Origin: Desulfobacteraceae bacterium
GTDB lineage: Bacteria > Desulfobacterota > Desulfobacteria > Desulfobacterales > JAABSP01
Length of the DNA: 64,000 bases
Direction of reading: 5' to 3'
Assembly: GCA_011390065.1 (NCBI GenBank)
Contig: JAABTD010000005.1
Span: 339 to 64,338 of the forward strand
In this document: positions 15,481 to 25,289 of the stretch, piece by piece
Layout: each line of letters begins with the position of its first letter
How positions within the stretch are numbered: the stretch's first letter is position 1
Position numbers and translations under genes: made by a program
The notes under the pieces: generated by a model
Seen by the model: only the letters and a program-made list of their open reading frames with translations
Told to the model about the DNA's origin: nothing
Database searches by the model: none

Positions 15481-18210
15481 TCAAGATGGAACTGCCGGGG
15501 CGTTCGCCGCGCCGGCTGCAGGGAGGATTACCCGGAAAGTCGCGCCCTTGCCCGGCTCGCTGTATACGGTGATGGTTCCGCCATGATACTGGATGATGCG
15601 GCGGGTGATGGCCAGCCCCAGGCCGCTGCCCATGGGGCGTCCACGGCCGCCGTTTCTGATCTGCTGAAATTTGTTGAAAATAATGTCCTGATCCTCCGAT
15701 CGGATGCCGATGCCGCTGTCCTGAACCTCGAACCGGACCGTTCCCGGATCGGCTGTCAAGCGGATGGCGATAACGCCGCCGTCGCTGAATTTCACGGCAT
15801 TGGAAATGAGGTTGACCATCACCTGCATCAGCCGGTCCCGGTCTCCGGAGACGGTCGGCTTGCCTTCCGGGAGATCCAGGGAAAGGTCGATGCCCTTCTC
15901 CCGCATCAGGTGGCGGGTGGTATCGACCGCATCCTGGATCACCTCCTTGAGATTCACCGGGCCGAACTGCCAGTCGAACTGGCCGGATTCGATCTTCTGA
16001 ATATCCAGCACCTGGGTGATGAGCCGGGTCAGTCGGTCGCTTTCTTTGATGATGATGCCGGCGAACTCCTCCTGCTGAGCAGCGGGCAGGTCGGGGTTGT
16101 CCCGCAAAATTTCCGCCAGGGCCCGGACCGAGGTGAGGGGCGTGCGGAGTTCATGGGTGACGGTCGAAATGAACTCGTCCTTGAACCGGTCCAATTCCTG
16201 GAGCCGCTCGTTGGCCGCCGTCAGCTCCGAAGTGGTTTTTTCAAGTTCACGGCTGTAGGCGATGACCTGCCGGGTCTCATCCAGAATCCGCATCACGTCA
16301 GGGAGCGCCAGGGGCTCCTCCTTGACCACCGACGCCACCATCACTCGGGCCGATGCCGACCCGATGACCGACGCCAGCTGCTTTTCCGCATAATCCACCA
16401 GCTCCGCGTCCGCCTCCGGCGTCTGATCCCAGTCGATATGGCGCCGCCTGGCATATCGACGCATGGCCTTTTCAGTGCGATGGGGGCCCAGAAACCGTTC
16501 CAGCAGGGATTGGAGATCCGGCCCCGACGCCTTTCCCCGCCAGAAGGCGGACTCGCCTTCTTCGGAATACCGGAAAACATCCACAAAAAGGGTCGCCTGA
16601 GTCTGCTCGATGGCGGTGGCCCGGGTAAAGGCCGACACGCCGATATAGGCGCCCACGTTGAACAGCATGGACCAGAAGACGGCGTGGCCGATCCGGTCGA
16701 AATCGGTCAATCCGAAAAGAGCGAAGGGCTTGAGAAGTTCAATGCCCAGGGGGCCTTCGGTGATCAGGGACATGGGCAGGAATCCGGTCTGGGCCAGGCT
16801 GGGCGCCACCAGGGTATAGAACCAGACCCCGAACCCCAGAAGGAGCCCGGTCAGCGCCCCGACCCGGTTTCCTCCTTTCCAGAAAATGCCGCCGAGAATG
16901 GCCGGCGCAAACTGCGCGACGGCGGCAAAGGAGACCAGTCCGATGGAGACCAGTTCGTAAAATTCGCCGATAAATCGGAAATAGGTGTATGCCATGAGGA
17001 GCACCAACACGATGCTGGACCGGCGAATGGCCAGCAGCAGGTGGCTGAGGTCGGCGCGACGATACCATGACAGGAAGGTGGGGCGGAGCAGAACGGGCAT
17101 GACCAGATCGTTGCAGATCATGGTGGACAGCGCTATGGTCTCCACGATGACCATCCCGGTGGCGGCCGACATGCCGCCGATGTAGGCCAGAAGCGCCAGG
17201 AATGTTTTCCCCTCAGCCAGGGGGAGGGTCAGCACAAACGTATCCGGGTCCACCGCGCCGTTCGGGAACCGGAGATCCCCCCCTAAAGCGATGGGCAGCA
17301 CAAAAAGATTGATGGCAAAAAGATAGAGGGGAAAGAACCAGATGGCCTTTTCCAGATGGTTTTCATTGACGTTTTCCACTACCGCCACCTGGAACTGGCG
17401 CGGCAGCAGCAGCACCGCCATCATGGAGATAAAGATCGACAAGCCCCAGTCGACCCAGGCGCCGGTTTCGTTCGGGATGGTCAACCGCCGGCTCATCTCC
17501 GGATCTGCCATGGCCGCTTTCAGGATGTCGCCGAAACCGTTGTAAAGACCATAGGTGACGTACAGGCCCACACCGAGGCAGGCTGCCAGTTTGACGATGG
17601 ATTCGAAGGCGATGGCCGCCACCAGCCCTTCGTGGCGTTCGGTGGCCGCCAGATGCCGGGTGCCGAAGAGAACGGCGAAGACCGCCAGCAACAAGGCCAC
17701 GTAGAAGGCGGTATCTCGGAAAACCGGCGCCGCTGTAAACTGGATGGGCATGGCGATGTCCGGGTACTGATGGAGAATCAGAAAACTGACGGAGATGGCT
17801 TTGAGCTGGAGTGAAATATAGGGGATCACCCCCACCACCGCGATGAGGGTCGCTACGCCGCCCAGCACGGTCGATTTCCCGTACCGGGAAGCGATGAAAT
17901 CGGCGATGGAGGTGATCCGGTGAATCCGGCTGATCCGGATGATTTTCCGCAGCACCACCCATCCCAGGGCGGACATGAGGGTCGGCCCCAGATAGATGGG
18001 CAGAAAATGGGGCCCGTGGCGGGCGGCCAGGCCCACACTGCCGTAGTATGTCCAGGCGGTGCAATAGACGGCCAGGGAAAGGGAATAGATGTAGGGGTTG
18101 GAGATGATGCTGGCGCCGGCGTCGGCCAGCCGGTCGCCCATGTAGGCTATGGCAAAAAGCAGCCCCATGTAGGCGAAAGAGACAAAAAGGATGACCCCGG
18201 GGTTCAGCAT
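15481..18210 (-). CDS. sensor histidine kinase with an N-terminal sodium:solute-symporter-like domain (CbrA/CrbS-like architecture, no receiver)
   Basis: About 560 aa of polytopic SSS-like membrane domain, then FKDEFISTVTHELRTPLTSV (H-box), NLISNAVKF, QDSGIGI and GSGLGLAI. Confidence 0.85.
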   Translation of the reverse strand: MLNPGVILFVSFAYMGLLFAIAYMGDRLADAGASIISNPYIYSLSLAVYCTAWTYYGSVGLAARHGPHFLPIYLGPTLMSALGWVVLRKIIRISRIHRITSIADFIASRYGKSTVLGGVATLIAVVGVIPYISLQLKAISVSFLILHQYPDIAMPIQFTAAPVFRDTAFYVALLLAVFAVLFGTRHLAATERHEGLVAAIAFESIVKLAACLGVGLYVTYGLYNGFGDILKAAMADPEMSRRLTIPNETGAWVDWGLSIFISMMAVLLLPRQFQVAVVENVNENHLEKAIWFFPLYLFAINLFVLPIALGGDLRFPNGAVDPDTFVLTLPLAEGKTFLALLAYIGGMSAATGMVIVETIALSTMICNDLVMPVLLRPTFLSWYRRADLSHLLLAIRRSSIVLVLLMAYTYFRFIGEFYELVSIGLVSFAAVAQFAPAILGGIFWKGGNRVGALTGLLLGFGVWFYTLVAPSLAQTGFLPMSLITEGPLGIELLKPFALFGLTDFDRIGHAVFWSMLFNVGAYIGVSAFTRATAIEQTQATLFVDVFRYSEEGESAFWRGKASGPDLQSLLERFLGPHRTEKAMRRYARRRHIDWDQTPEADAELVDYAEKQLASVIGSASARVMVASVVKEEPLALPDVMRILDETRQVIAYSRELEKTTSELTAANERLQELDRFKDEFISTVTHELRTPLTSVRALAEILRDNPDLPAAQQEEFAGIIIKESDRLTRLITQVLDIQKIESGQFDWQFGPVNLKEVIQDAVDTTRHLMREKGIDLSLDLPEGKPTVSGDRDRLMQVMVNLISNAVKFSDGGVIAIRLTADPGTVRFEVQDSGIGIRSEDQDIIFNKFQQIRNGGRGRPMGSGLGLAITRRIIQYHGGTITVYSEPGKGATFRVILPAAGAANAPAVPS

Positions 18211-18443
18211 TGGTCGTTTTGTCTGGGAGCGTCGGGCAGGGGCAGGGTGGGGCGGCTCCGGGCGGTCAGGGCCAGCAGGAAAATCAGCAGCAGCCAGACG
18301 CCGAACAGATAGCCATAGAGCAGGGGGACGCCCAGGATAATGACCGGAACGTCGAACAGGGACAGCAGCGGATAGTTGAAAAGAAGCAGGCCCAGCCAGA
18401 ACAGGGCCGACAGCCGACGATTCCTCGGGCTTCCGCTGGGCAT
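18204..18443 (-). CDS. small two-TM membrane protein, DUF3311-like, overlapping the start of the SSS-kinase
   Basis: 79 aa with two hydrophobic helices. Overlaps the downstream kinase start by 7 nt. Position resembles the small proteins that precede SSS transporters. Confidence 0.5.
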   Translation of the reverse strand: MPSGSPRNRRLSALFWLGLLLFNYPLLSLFDVPVIILGVPLLYGYLFGVWLLLIFLLALTARSRPTLPLPDAPRQNDQC

Positions 18444-18461
18444 GGCGCCCTCCTTAATCCA

Positions 18462-19565
18462 TTACTCGCTTGTCAATCCGCAGCATCGGCGGGCCCTGTC
18501 GTCGAGCATACGGGGCAGGCCCCCCCGGGCCTCCGGGGCGAATCCCAGCGTCTTTTCCCACACCGCCTCGTCTTCCATGCAGAAATAGATGGTTACATCC
18601 GGCGCCCGCCTGCGGATGGCGGCGACCATCCGGCGGTAGAGGGCGATGCGGAGCGGCTTGAAATACCGCATTTTGCCGTCGAGGCCGGGGATGAATTCGC
18701 CGTACACGATGCGGGAGTCGGGAAACCGCTGCTGGACGAGAGGCTTGAGGCCCGGCATGAACCGGAAAGAGCCCAGGCTGATCCAGACGACGTTTTCCGG
18801 CGAGACATGATCGAACAACCGCTCCACCACGGCTTCGTAACCGGTCTCGCAGCCATCGTAGATCACCATGGGATCGAAGTGAAACGCCAGAGGATAGCCC
18901 CAGCGTTCGCACCGGGCCGCGGCCGCCAGCCGCGCGGCCAGCGTTGCCGTCCCCCGTTCCTCGGATCGGATCACCTGTTCCGTGTTGAGGGACCAAGCCA
19001 TGATGGTTTTCCGGTTGTGGTCTAAATTTTCCAGGGCGTCGACGGCCGTGGTCTTGGTTTTCAATTCGAGCACGGCCCGGGACTGGCGGCCGAACTTCGG
19101 GACCAGCAGATCGGATAGATCGGTCCAGGGTTCCCAGATCATGCTGTCGGTGAACTCTCCGGTCCCGATGCGCCGGACCGGTGGATCTCCTGCAAAAAGC
19201 CGGTCCAGGGCCGGGAACATCTCCTCGATATTGACGAAAAACTGGAGCACCGGCGGGTGGAAATAGGCCTGGAGAATGCAGTAGGCGCAATCCATGACGC
19301 AATAGGTTCCGATATGGAGGATGTGATAATCGCAGCAGGTATAGGTGCGGGTGCCGGGACATTTCCGGATGAAAGCGCCCTTGTTTCGGGTCAGATAAAG
19401 GACCGATTTTCCTTCTGCGGCAGGATCATCTGCCGCCGAAACGGCTTCATAGACCATTCGGGGGTCGGATACCGTTTCGGCCGGCAGATGGAGTCGGGAG
19501 CGGATGACCTCGGTCCGGGGATGACGGGCCGCCTCGCTGTCGACGAATAATCTTCGGATCGCCAA
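18462..19565 (-). CDS. spore photoproduct lyase-like radical SAM protein
   Basis: CVMDCAYC (CxxxCxxC) radical SAM motif. Overall resemblance to the SplB family (by eye). Confidence 0.7.
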   Translation of the reverse strand: MAIRRLFVDSEAARHPRTEVIRSRLHLPAETVSDPRMVYEAVSAADDPAAEGKSVLYLTRNKGAFIRKCPGTRTYTCCDYHILHIGTYCVMDCAYCILQAYFHPPVLQFFVNIEEMFPALDRLFAGDPPVRRIGTGEFTDSMIWEPWTDLSDLLVPKFGRQSRAVLELKTKTTAVDALENLDHNRKTIMAWSLNTEQVIRSEERGTATLAARLAAAARCERWGYPLAFHFDPMVIYDGCETGYEAVVERLFDHVSPENVVWISLGSFRFMPGLKPLVQQRFPDSRIVYGEFIPGLDGKMRYFKPLRIALYRRMVAAIRRRAPDVTIYFCMEDEAVWEKTLGFAPEARGGLPRMLDDRARRCCGLTSE

Positions 19566-19577
19566 AACAAAACAGCG

Positions 19578-20189
19578 TCAGGACCGGGCGAGCTTGACCA
19601 GCAACTGGCAGGCTTTGTCCAGGTCGAAAAGGCTCATGTTGAGGATAAGGTGGTACAGGCTGGGCTTTTCATAATCCTGGCGTCCGAATTTCTTGTAGAG
19701 GTTGGCCCGCCGGCGGTCGTCTGAGGTCACCGCCTGATAGGCCTGTTTGTGGGACATCTTGTAATGCTTTTCCATGAAATAGATCCGGTCGTCGAAGTCG
19801 CTGACAAGAAGGGCGTGACAGGTATTTTCCCTTCCCTGGAGAATATACTGTCCGCCCCGTCCGACGATCACGGCGTTGTCTTCTTCGGCGAGATTGGTGA
19901 TAATCTTGTGAAGCATATCCACGTAGATCTCCTCGTCCATATAGCCGCGCTCGCCGCTGAGGATTCGATCCACCAGACTTTTGGAAACAAGGCCGGTGAT
20001 AAACCGCTGGAAGGCGCCGCCGGCTTCTTTCTCCATCGATTCCACCCAACTTTTGGAGACCTTGGCCTTTTCCGCCACCATCTGAATCAGCTCGTTGTCG
20101 TAAAAGGCGTATCCAAGTTTATCCGCCACCATTTTTCCCAGGGTTCTGCCGCCGGCCCCGAACTGCCTGGAGATCGTAATCACCGCCAT
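19578..20189 (-). CDS. cytidylate kinase-like family protein
   Basis: MAVITISRQFGAGGRTLGKMVADKLGYAFYDNELI; AAGGAGG Shine-Dalgarno upstream. Confidence 0.75.
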   Translation of the reverse strand: MAVITISRQFGAGGRTLGKMVADKLGYAFYDNELIQMVAEKAKVSKSWVESMEKEAGGAFQRFITGLVSKSLVDRILSGERGYMDEEIYVDMLHKIITNLAEEDNAVIVGRGGQYILQGRENTCHALLVSDFDDRIYFMEKHYKMSHKQAYQAVTSDDRRRANLYKKFGRQDYEKPSLYHLILNMSLFDLDKACQLLVKLARS

Positions 20190-20297
20190 CCAACGCCTCC
20201 TTTCAACATGCGTTCATGCTGTTCGTCAGTAAGATATTGAATTTTATAAAACAGCGCGCTCCAAATCAGGAATATGCCACAAACATCTAATTTTTTA

Positions 20298-22628
20298 TCA
20301 GATGATCCCGATAAAATCAAAGTTTAATTTGGATTGAAACTTCTCCGTCCGCTTGAAGATTTCTTTGAGCATGGTTTGTTCGATGCCGGAAAGCTGTTTG
20401 GGATTCACGTAATTGTCCGGCGGCGCATTCTCCTCCAGGACGGCCGTCACCTGGCGGAGGAACCGGGTCTGCATCAGAAACCCGTAGGACTGTTCCAGTT
20501 CATTGTACTCGTCCCAGCTGAGAATTTTTTTAATATAGAGTTGATGAAGCCGCTCCAGGGTATTGGTCTCCGCGATCTGGTGCTTCAGCGCATAGATCCG
20601 GGCAAAGTCGACGATGGGCGTCATGGCTTTTTTGATGTCTAATTTATTCCGGTGCTCTCCTTTGGACTCCACCACAAAGCTTCTGAAAAACCCCAGGGGC
20701 GGCTTGAAATAGAGCGCGTTTTCCGTCAGGTGCCGGAAAAAACCGGACCATCCGCCCAGGGATTTAAAAAGAAATCGCCGCAGATCCTCCACTATGGACC
20801 GATCCCCGTAACCGGTCCGGAAATCGAAAAAGATGCTCGCCTGGAACAAATCCTCGGCCTCGGCGGCGTGGATCCAGGAGCTGAAATGCTGTGTCCACGT
20901 TCCCAGCGGCTGACACCATTTGGGATTTTTAGCCATCACGCCGCCATCGCAAAACTCATACCCCACCTGGTCGAGCCAGTTGCAAACCGTTTCGCCCAGC
21001 TTCAGGAAATAGTTCCGGGTCGCTACGGCCGCATCGTCTTCAACATCTTCGTAGACGATGGCGTTGTCCTGATCGGTTTTCAGGGTCTGTTCTTTGCGCC
21101 CTTCGCTGCCCATGATCATGAAAACGAAACGGCACGGCGGTTCTCCGATCTTTGCAACCGCATCGGTCACCAGTTTCTCGAGGATGGCGTCGGTGATGCT
21201 GGTCACGAAATGATTGATGTTGTCCGACTTGGCGCCGCTCTGAATGAGATGCTGGACGACTTCGGGCAATTGCCGGTATTTGGCCTGGAGCGCATGGACC
21301 CCTTCCGTATCCTTGATCTCCCGGATGAAGAAGAAAGGGGAGCGCCCCTGGGCGGTCAGAAGGTCCCGGTTGCTGACCACGCCCACCACCCGGTTGTCCG
21401 TGTCGGTGACGGCCAGATGCTTGATTTGCTCGCTCATCATGGTCATGAAGGTTTCAAAGATCTGGGCGCCGCTGGGGGTGGACTTTAAGGGGGAGGCCAT
21501 GACGTCGCCCACCGGCTTTTGGATATCGTATCCCGTGGCGATCACCTTGGTCCGGAGATCGTTGTCCGTCACTATGCCCACGTACTCCCCTTTTGCGTCT
21601 TGCACCAAAATGGAAGAGCATTTCCGTTCACTCATCATCCGGGCCGCTTCCTGGATGGAAAGATCCGTGCCGCACGACAGGACATGGGGGTTGTAGCAGC
21701 TGGAAACAGGGCGGTTGAAAAACTGGAGGGCCTCCTGGCGGGGCTCGATGGTTTTGGCGACGATTTCCGCGTAGGATCGGTCTATCATTCGCTTGCCGAA
21801 GGTGTCTGAAAAATAATCGGAAAACGCTTCATGCTTCTGGCACAGATCCAGAAAAACCTTCCGCGGAATCAGGTAGAAATAGGTGGTCTCATGGGTTTTG
21901 AGGGTGCGGACCGCGACGTTGTTGTTCATCAGCATGGAGATGCCGCCGTAAATATCGCCTTCGCTGATCACGCCGCGCAGGTGCTTTTTGTCCTTTTCCT
22001 CGAAATAGCGTTCGGCCGACCCCTTTTCGATCACGTAAAGATGATCGACCCGGGATCTTCCCTGGACGAAAAGAACGGTATCGGCCGGGTAATGGGCGCG
22101 GATCGTCTTTTCAGCGACCCGCTCCAGTTCCTCCCCGTCCAGGAACGAAAAGGGGGGGATATCCCTCAGAAACCGGAAGGCCTGATTGGCGACGACGATG
22201 TCGGCATAGGATTCATCATCCATCTGATCACCGAATTCTTTCAAAAAAAACTCGTAAAACCGCTTATATCGGTCGCACACATCCTGGAACAGATTCGCTG
22301 GGAGCGCGTAGACGACGGCGTCCTGTTCGACCTCCACCGTGCGCACTGAAAACCCGCCGTTCATGAGAATCGATATTCCGCCGAATATCTGGCCTCGCTT
22401 CTGTCGCCGAACCTGGATCTCTTCGCCGTCCCGGTCATAATACAGCTTCAGCGCGCCGCTGCGGATGACCAGCACATTCTCGATCCGGGTCCGTCCCTGA
22501 ACCGCCAGGGTGGTTCCGGCCGGATAGGCGACCTCGGTGGTCTTATCGATGATCTTTCCGAGTTCCCCTTTGGGCAATTCGGCAAACGGGGGCACACTGG
22601 CCAGATATGTGTATATCTCTTTACTCAT
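20298..22628 (-). CDS. signal-transduction protein: 2x cNMP-binding + 2x CBS + DUF294 nucleotidyltransferase + DUF294_C
   Basis: Two CAP_ED-like segments (..RSGALKLYY.., ..EGDIYGGISML..), a CBS pair, then FMIMGSEGRKEQTLKTDQDNAIVY (DUF294 nucleotidyltransferase motif) and a C-terminal substrate-binding-like domain. Confidence 0.85.
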   Translation of the reverse strand: MSKEIYTYLASVPPFAELPKGELGKIIDKTTEVAYPAGTTLAVQGRTRIENVLVIRSGALKLYYDRDGEEIQVRRQKRGQIFGGISILMNGGFSVRTVEVEQDAVVYALPANLFQDVCDRYKRFYEFFLKEFGDQMDDESYADIVVANQAFRFLRDIPPFSFLDGEELERVAEKTIRAHYPADTVLFVQGRSRVDHLYVIEKGSAERYFEEKDKKHLRGVISEGDIYGGISMLMNNNVAVRTLKTHETTYFYLIPRKVFLDLCQKHEAFSDYFSDTFGKRMIDRSYAEIVAKTIEPRQEALQFFNRPVSSCYNPHVLSCGTDLSIQEAARMMSERKCSSILVQDAKGEYVGIVTDNDLRTKVIATGYDIQKPVGDVMASPLKSTPSGAQIFETFMTMMSEQIKHLAVTDTDNRVVGVVSNRDLLTAQGRSPFFFIREIKDTEGVHALQAKYRQLPEVVQHLIQSGAKSDNINHFVTSITDAILEKLVTDAVAKIGEPPCRFVFMIMGSEGRKEQTLKTDQDNAIVYEDVEDDAAVATRNYFLKLGETVCNWLDQVGYEFCDGGVMAKNPKWCQPLGTWTQHFSSWIHAAEAEDLFQASIFFDFRTGYGDRSIVEDLRRFLFKSLGGWSGFFRHLTENALYFKPPLGFFRSFVVESKGEHRNKLDIKKAMTPIVDFARIYALKHQIAETNTLERLHQLYIKKILSWDEYNELEQSYGFLMQTRFLRQVTAVLEENAPPDNYVNPKQLSGIEQTMLKEIFKRTEKFQSKLNFDFIGII

Positions 22629-22654
22629 GAACCGAAGATCTCCGCATCGCCGTC

Positions 22655-23521
22655 CTAATATTTTAACCGCGCGTAATAGGTTTTCTGCGACGCCAGACGC
22701 GCTTCCTTAAGCGTTTTGATCCCCACATTTTCCAGCAGGGAGAGGAGCTTCAGGAAGGCCTCTCCTGTGGAGACGGCGTCTCCCAGTGCCGTATGGCGAC
22801 CCCTGATCCGGATGCCCAGCCGACCGGCGATGGCTTCCAGGTTATGATGGGTCTGGGCGGGATGAACGATCGCCGAGAGCAGCAGGGTGTCCAGGACCGG
22901 GTTGATGAACCGCACGCCGGTTTGGCTTTCCTTCATCTGAAGCATGCGCATATCGAACGCCGCGTTGTGGGCCACCAGCACCGTATCTTCAGCGAATCCG
23001 TGAAACATCGGCAACACCTGGTCGATGGTCGGTTGCCCCTCGAGCATATCGGGTTGAATGCCGTGAACCTTTATCGATTCATACGGCAAAGGACGCCGGG
23101 GGTCAATCAATTGGTCAAAAACTTCGCTTGTCAGCAGCCGGCCGTTGACGATGCGAACGGCGCCGATGGAGATGATCTCATCCCCGCCCCTGGGATTGAG
23201 CCCCGTGGTTTCCGTGTCAAAGACCGTGTAGGTCAGAGATTTGAGGGGCTGACCGTCCAGTTCGGGGGTCTGGCCGGGCTGATTGAAAAAGTCGAAATCA
23301 TAGAACTCCGGCCGGCTGTCCGGCACGACGCCCGATATTCCGGGCTCAACGGCGCCGGGTTCCCGGCTCAGGGGGAGGAACAACCGCAGAGCGGACCGGT
23401 TTTGATCTTCTCTGCGCCCAATGCAACAGATCTGGGCGTCATGGTGTTCCATAATCTCCTTCAGGGAGAGGCCCAGGCATTCGGTCTTCAGCACCAGCGG
23501 GGCATCCTCCCATCTCCGCAA
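22655..23521 (-). CDS. DEDD-family (DnaQ/Pol III epsilon-like) 3'-5' exonuclease; likely the C-terminal part of a frameshifted sensor-exonuclease fusion
   Basis: FDTETTGLNP, HNAAFDMRML and HTALGDAVSTGE. The same frame stays open upstream to 23581, encoding ARFVNVDIAWKGDPVSIETLRRWEDAPL. Confidence 0.8.
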   Translation of the reverse strand: MRRWEDAPLVLKTECLGLSLKEIMEHHDAQICCIGRREDQNRSALRLFLPLSREPGAVEPGISGVVPDSRPEFYDFDFFNQPGQTPELDGQPLKSLTYTVFDTETTGLNPRGGDEIISIGAVRIVNGRLLTSEVFDQLIDPRRPLPYESIKVHGIQPDMLEGQPTIDQVLPMFHGFAEDTVLVAHNAAFDMRMLQMKESQTGVRFINPVLDTLLLSAIVHPAQTHHNLEAIAGRLGIRIRGRHTALGDAVSTGEAFLKLLSLLENVGIKTLKEARLASQKTYYARLKY

Positions 23522-23525
23522 TGTT

Positions 23526-24824
23526 TCAATGGAGACGGGATCGCCTTTCCAGGCGATATCGACATTGACAAACCGCGCTTTTCAGATCGAACCGGCATTC
23601 GAACTTCCGCCGTCCGGTTTCCTCTTTCAGGCGCTTCAGCAGATAGAGAATCGAGAGCACCATGGCATAGGAGTCGACCTTCAGCCAGCAGGGCGCATCC
23701 GGGTCCTTCACCTTGAGGACGACATCCAGCTTTTCCCTGGCTTTCCGCTGAATGGTGGCGAAGAGATCGCCCACCCGCAGGTGGACGAGAGGCCAGTGCG
23801 TCTTGACATAGCTGTCATACTCGCTGGCTGTCGTGTCCAGCGCGTCGCCCAGCACCAGGGTCTCCTTGTGAATGATTTTCCGGAAATTGTCCAGCTGGCC
23901 TTCTTCCATCCGGGGATACGCCAGGATGGCCTCTATGGCGGAACGGATGCTGGCCAGGGAGGCGCGGAACCGGCGCACCAGGGACTGAAGCAGGAAATCG
24001 ACCTGCCTTTCGGTTTCGATCCGGTCGGTGATGTCGTACAGGATCAGGATAAAGCCGCCCACCTGACGGGCATCCGCTTTCTGCAGGATGGGCACGGCTT
24101 CGACCCGCAGCAACCGCCCCTCTTTGCCCACCAGGACGAAATAAGCGGCCACGTTGACCTCCTGCCGATCGAGCTTTTCGGCGATATCGTCCAGGGCGTA
24201 GAGGATCAGGTGCTCATCGATGACGCTGAAAACCGAACGGCCCAGCCCGACAAACCGCCCGTCAGGATCCTCGGTCGAGGATGCGCTCCCTTTCGTCTCC
24301 AGAAACTCCCGGGCCCGTTTATTGTAGAAGAGGATCTTGCCGTCGGCGTTGCAGATGAGAACGGCTTCCGGCAGTTCGGACATGAACGAGGCCAGGAGGT
24401 TCTTTTCCTCTTCGGCTTCGGATTTGGCCGCATGGATCTTCTGGGAGACGTTGCGCCGGAGGGATTCGAAACTGTCGGCCCACTCATTGATGATGCGGAT
24501 CAACCGGGCGATGTCCCGGCTGCCCGCCATCTGGATCCGGTGGGAGGAATTGACCGAGTGAATGACCGCCACTTCCTCAGCCAGTTTCGAGATCGGAATG
24601 ATGTAGTTGTGAAACATGGCGTCCAGGACGAATACGATTCCGGTCATGACCAGAAACAGGGCGATGAAGATATAGGCGAAATGGTTTTTGAACAGACCGA
24701 AGAGGAGCGCTTTTTCTTCAGGGAAGAGCTGTCGCCAGAAAAAAATCGCCAGAAGGGAGATAAAAACAACGGTGATGCCGATGGAAACGCCGGCGAACCA
24801 CCAGAATTTATTGCGCGGATTCAT
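23526..24824 (-). CDS. membrane sensor (2 TM, HAMP, PAS, degenerate HisKA/ATPase-like); likely the N-terminal part of a frameshifted sensor-exonuclease fusion
   Basis: TM helices at the N-terminus. PAS-like LPEAVLICNADGKILFYNKRAREFL. The H-box position reads VRRFRASLASI, with His replaced. The last ~20 codons (SAVCQCRYRLERRSRLH) look out of frame. Confidence 0.7.
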   Translation of the reverse strand: MNPRNKFWWFAGVSIGITVVFISLLAIFFWRQLFPEEKALLFGLFKNHFAYIFIALFLVMTGIVFVLDAMFHNYIIPISKLAEEVAVIHSVNSSHRIQMAGSRDIARLIRIINEWADSFESLRRNVSQKIHAAKSEAEEEKNLLASFMSELPEAVLICNADGKILFYNKRAREFLETKGSASSTEDPDGRFVGLGRSVFSVIDEHLILYALDDIAEKLDRQEVNVAAYFVLVGKEGRLLRVEAVPILQKADARQVGGFILILYDITDRIETERQVDFLLQSLVRRFRASLASIRSAIEAILAYPRMEEGQLDNFRKIIHKETLVLGDALDTTASEYDSYVKTHWPLVHLRVGDLFATIQRKAREKLDVVLKVKDPDAPCWLKVDSYAMVLSILYLLKRLKEETGRRKFECRFDLKSAVCQCRYRLERRSRLH

Positions 24825-24830
24825 CCGATC

Positions 24831-25199
24831 TTAATCCGAAACCAGCCGCCGGACTCTATCCATTACGTCCGCGTTGGAAAAAGGCTTGGTGATATAGTCG
24901 TCCGGTTCCAGAGACATCCCTTTGGCGATGTCCATCTCCCGGCCCATGGCCGTCAGGAAGATGATCCGGATCTGCCGACCCTCGGGGGTTTGCCTGATCC
25001 GCTGGCATGTCTCGAAGCCGTCCATGCCCGGCAGCATGATGTCGAGCAAGACCAGATCGGGGCGGTAGCTCGAAACGGCCTCGATGGCCTCTTCTCCCGT
25101 GGCCGCGGTTTTGACCTCGTATCCGTTTTGTTCCATCAGGAACTGAAGGGGGACGACGATGCTCGGTTCATCGTCCACGACTAATATCTTTGTGGCCAT
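24831..25199 (-). CDS. single-domain CheY-like response regulator
   Basis: ILVVDDE ... DLVLLDIMLPGMDG ... ITKPF. Confidence 0.9.
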   Translation of the reverse strand: MATKILVVDDEPSIVVPLQFLMEQNGYEVKTAATGEEAIEAVSSYRPDLVLLDIMLPGMDGFETCQRIRQTPEGRQIRIIFLTAMGREMDIAKGMSLEPDDYITKPFSNADVMDRVRRLVSD

Positions 25200-25235
25200 G
25201 GACAGATCTCCGCCGGTGAACGCTGTGGCGATGGA

Positions 25236-25268
25236 AAGAAAACCCGCCGGTCCTTGGGGACCGGCGGG
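25236..25268 (-). terminator. intrinsic terminator after the symporter and micro-ORF
   Basis: Minus strand CCCGCCGGTCC-CCAA-GGACCGGCGGG (11-bp perfect stem) followed by TTTTCTTT. Confidence 0.7.
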
Positions 25269-25289
25269 TCTATGGCGGTTCAGGTTATG

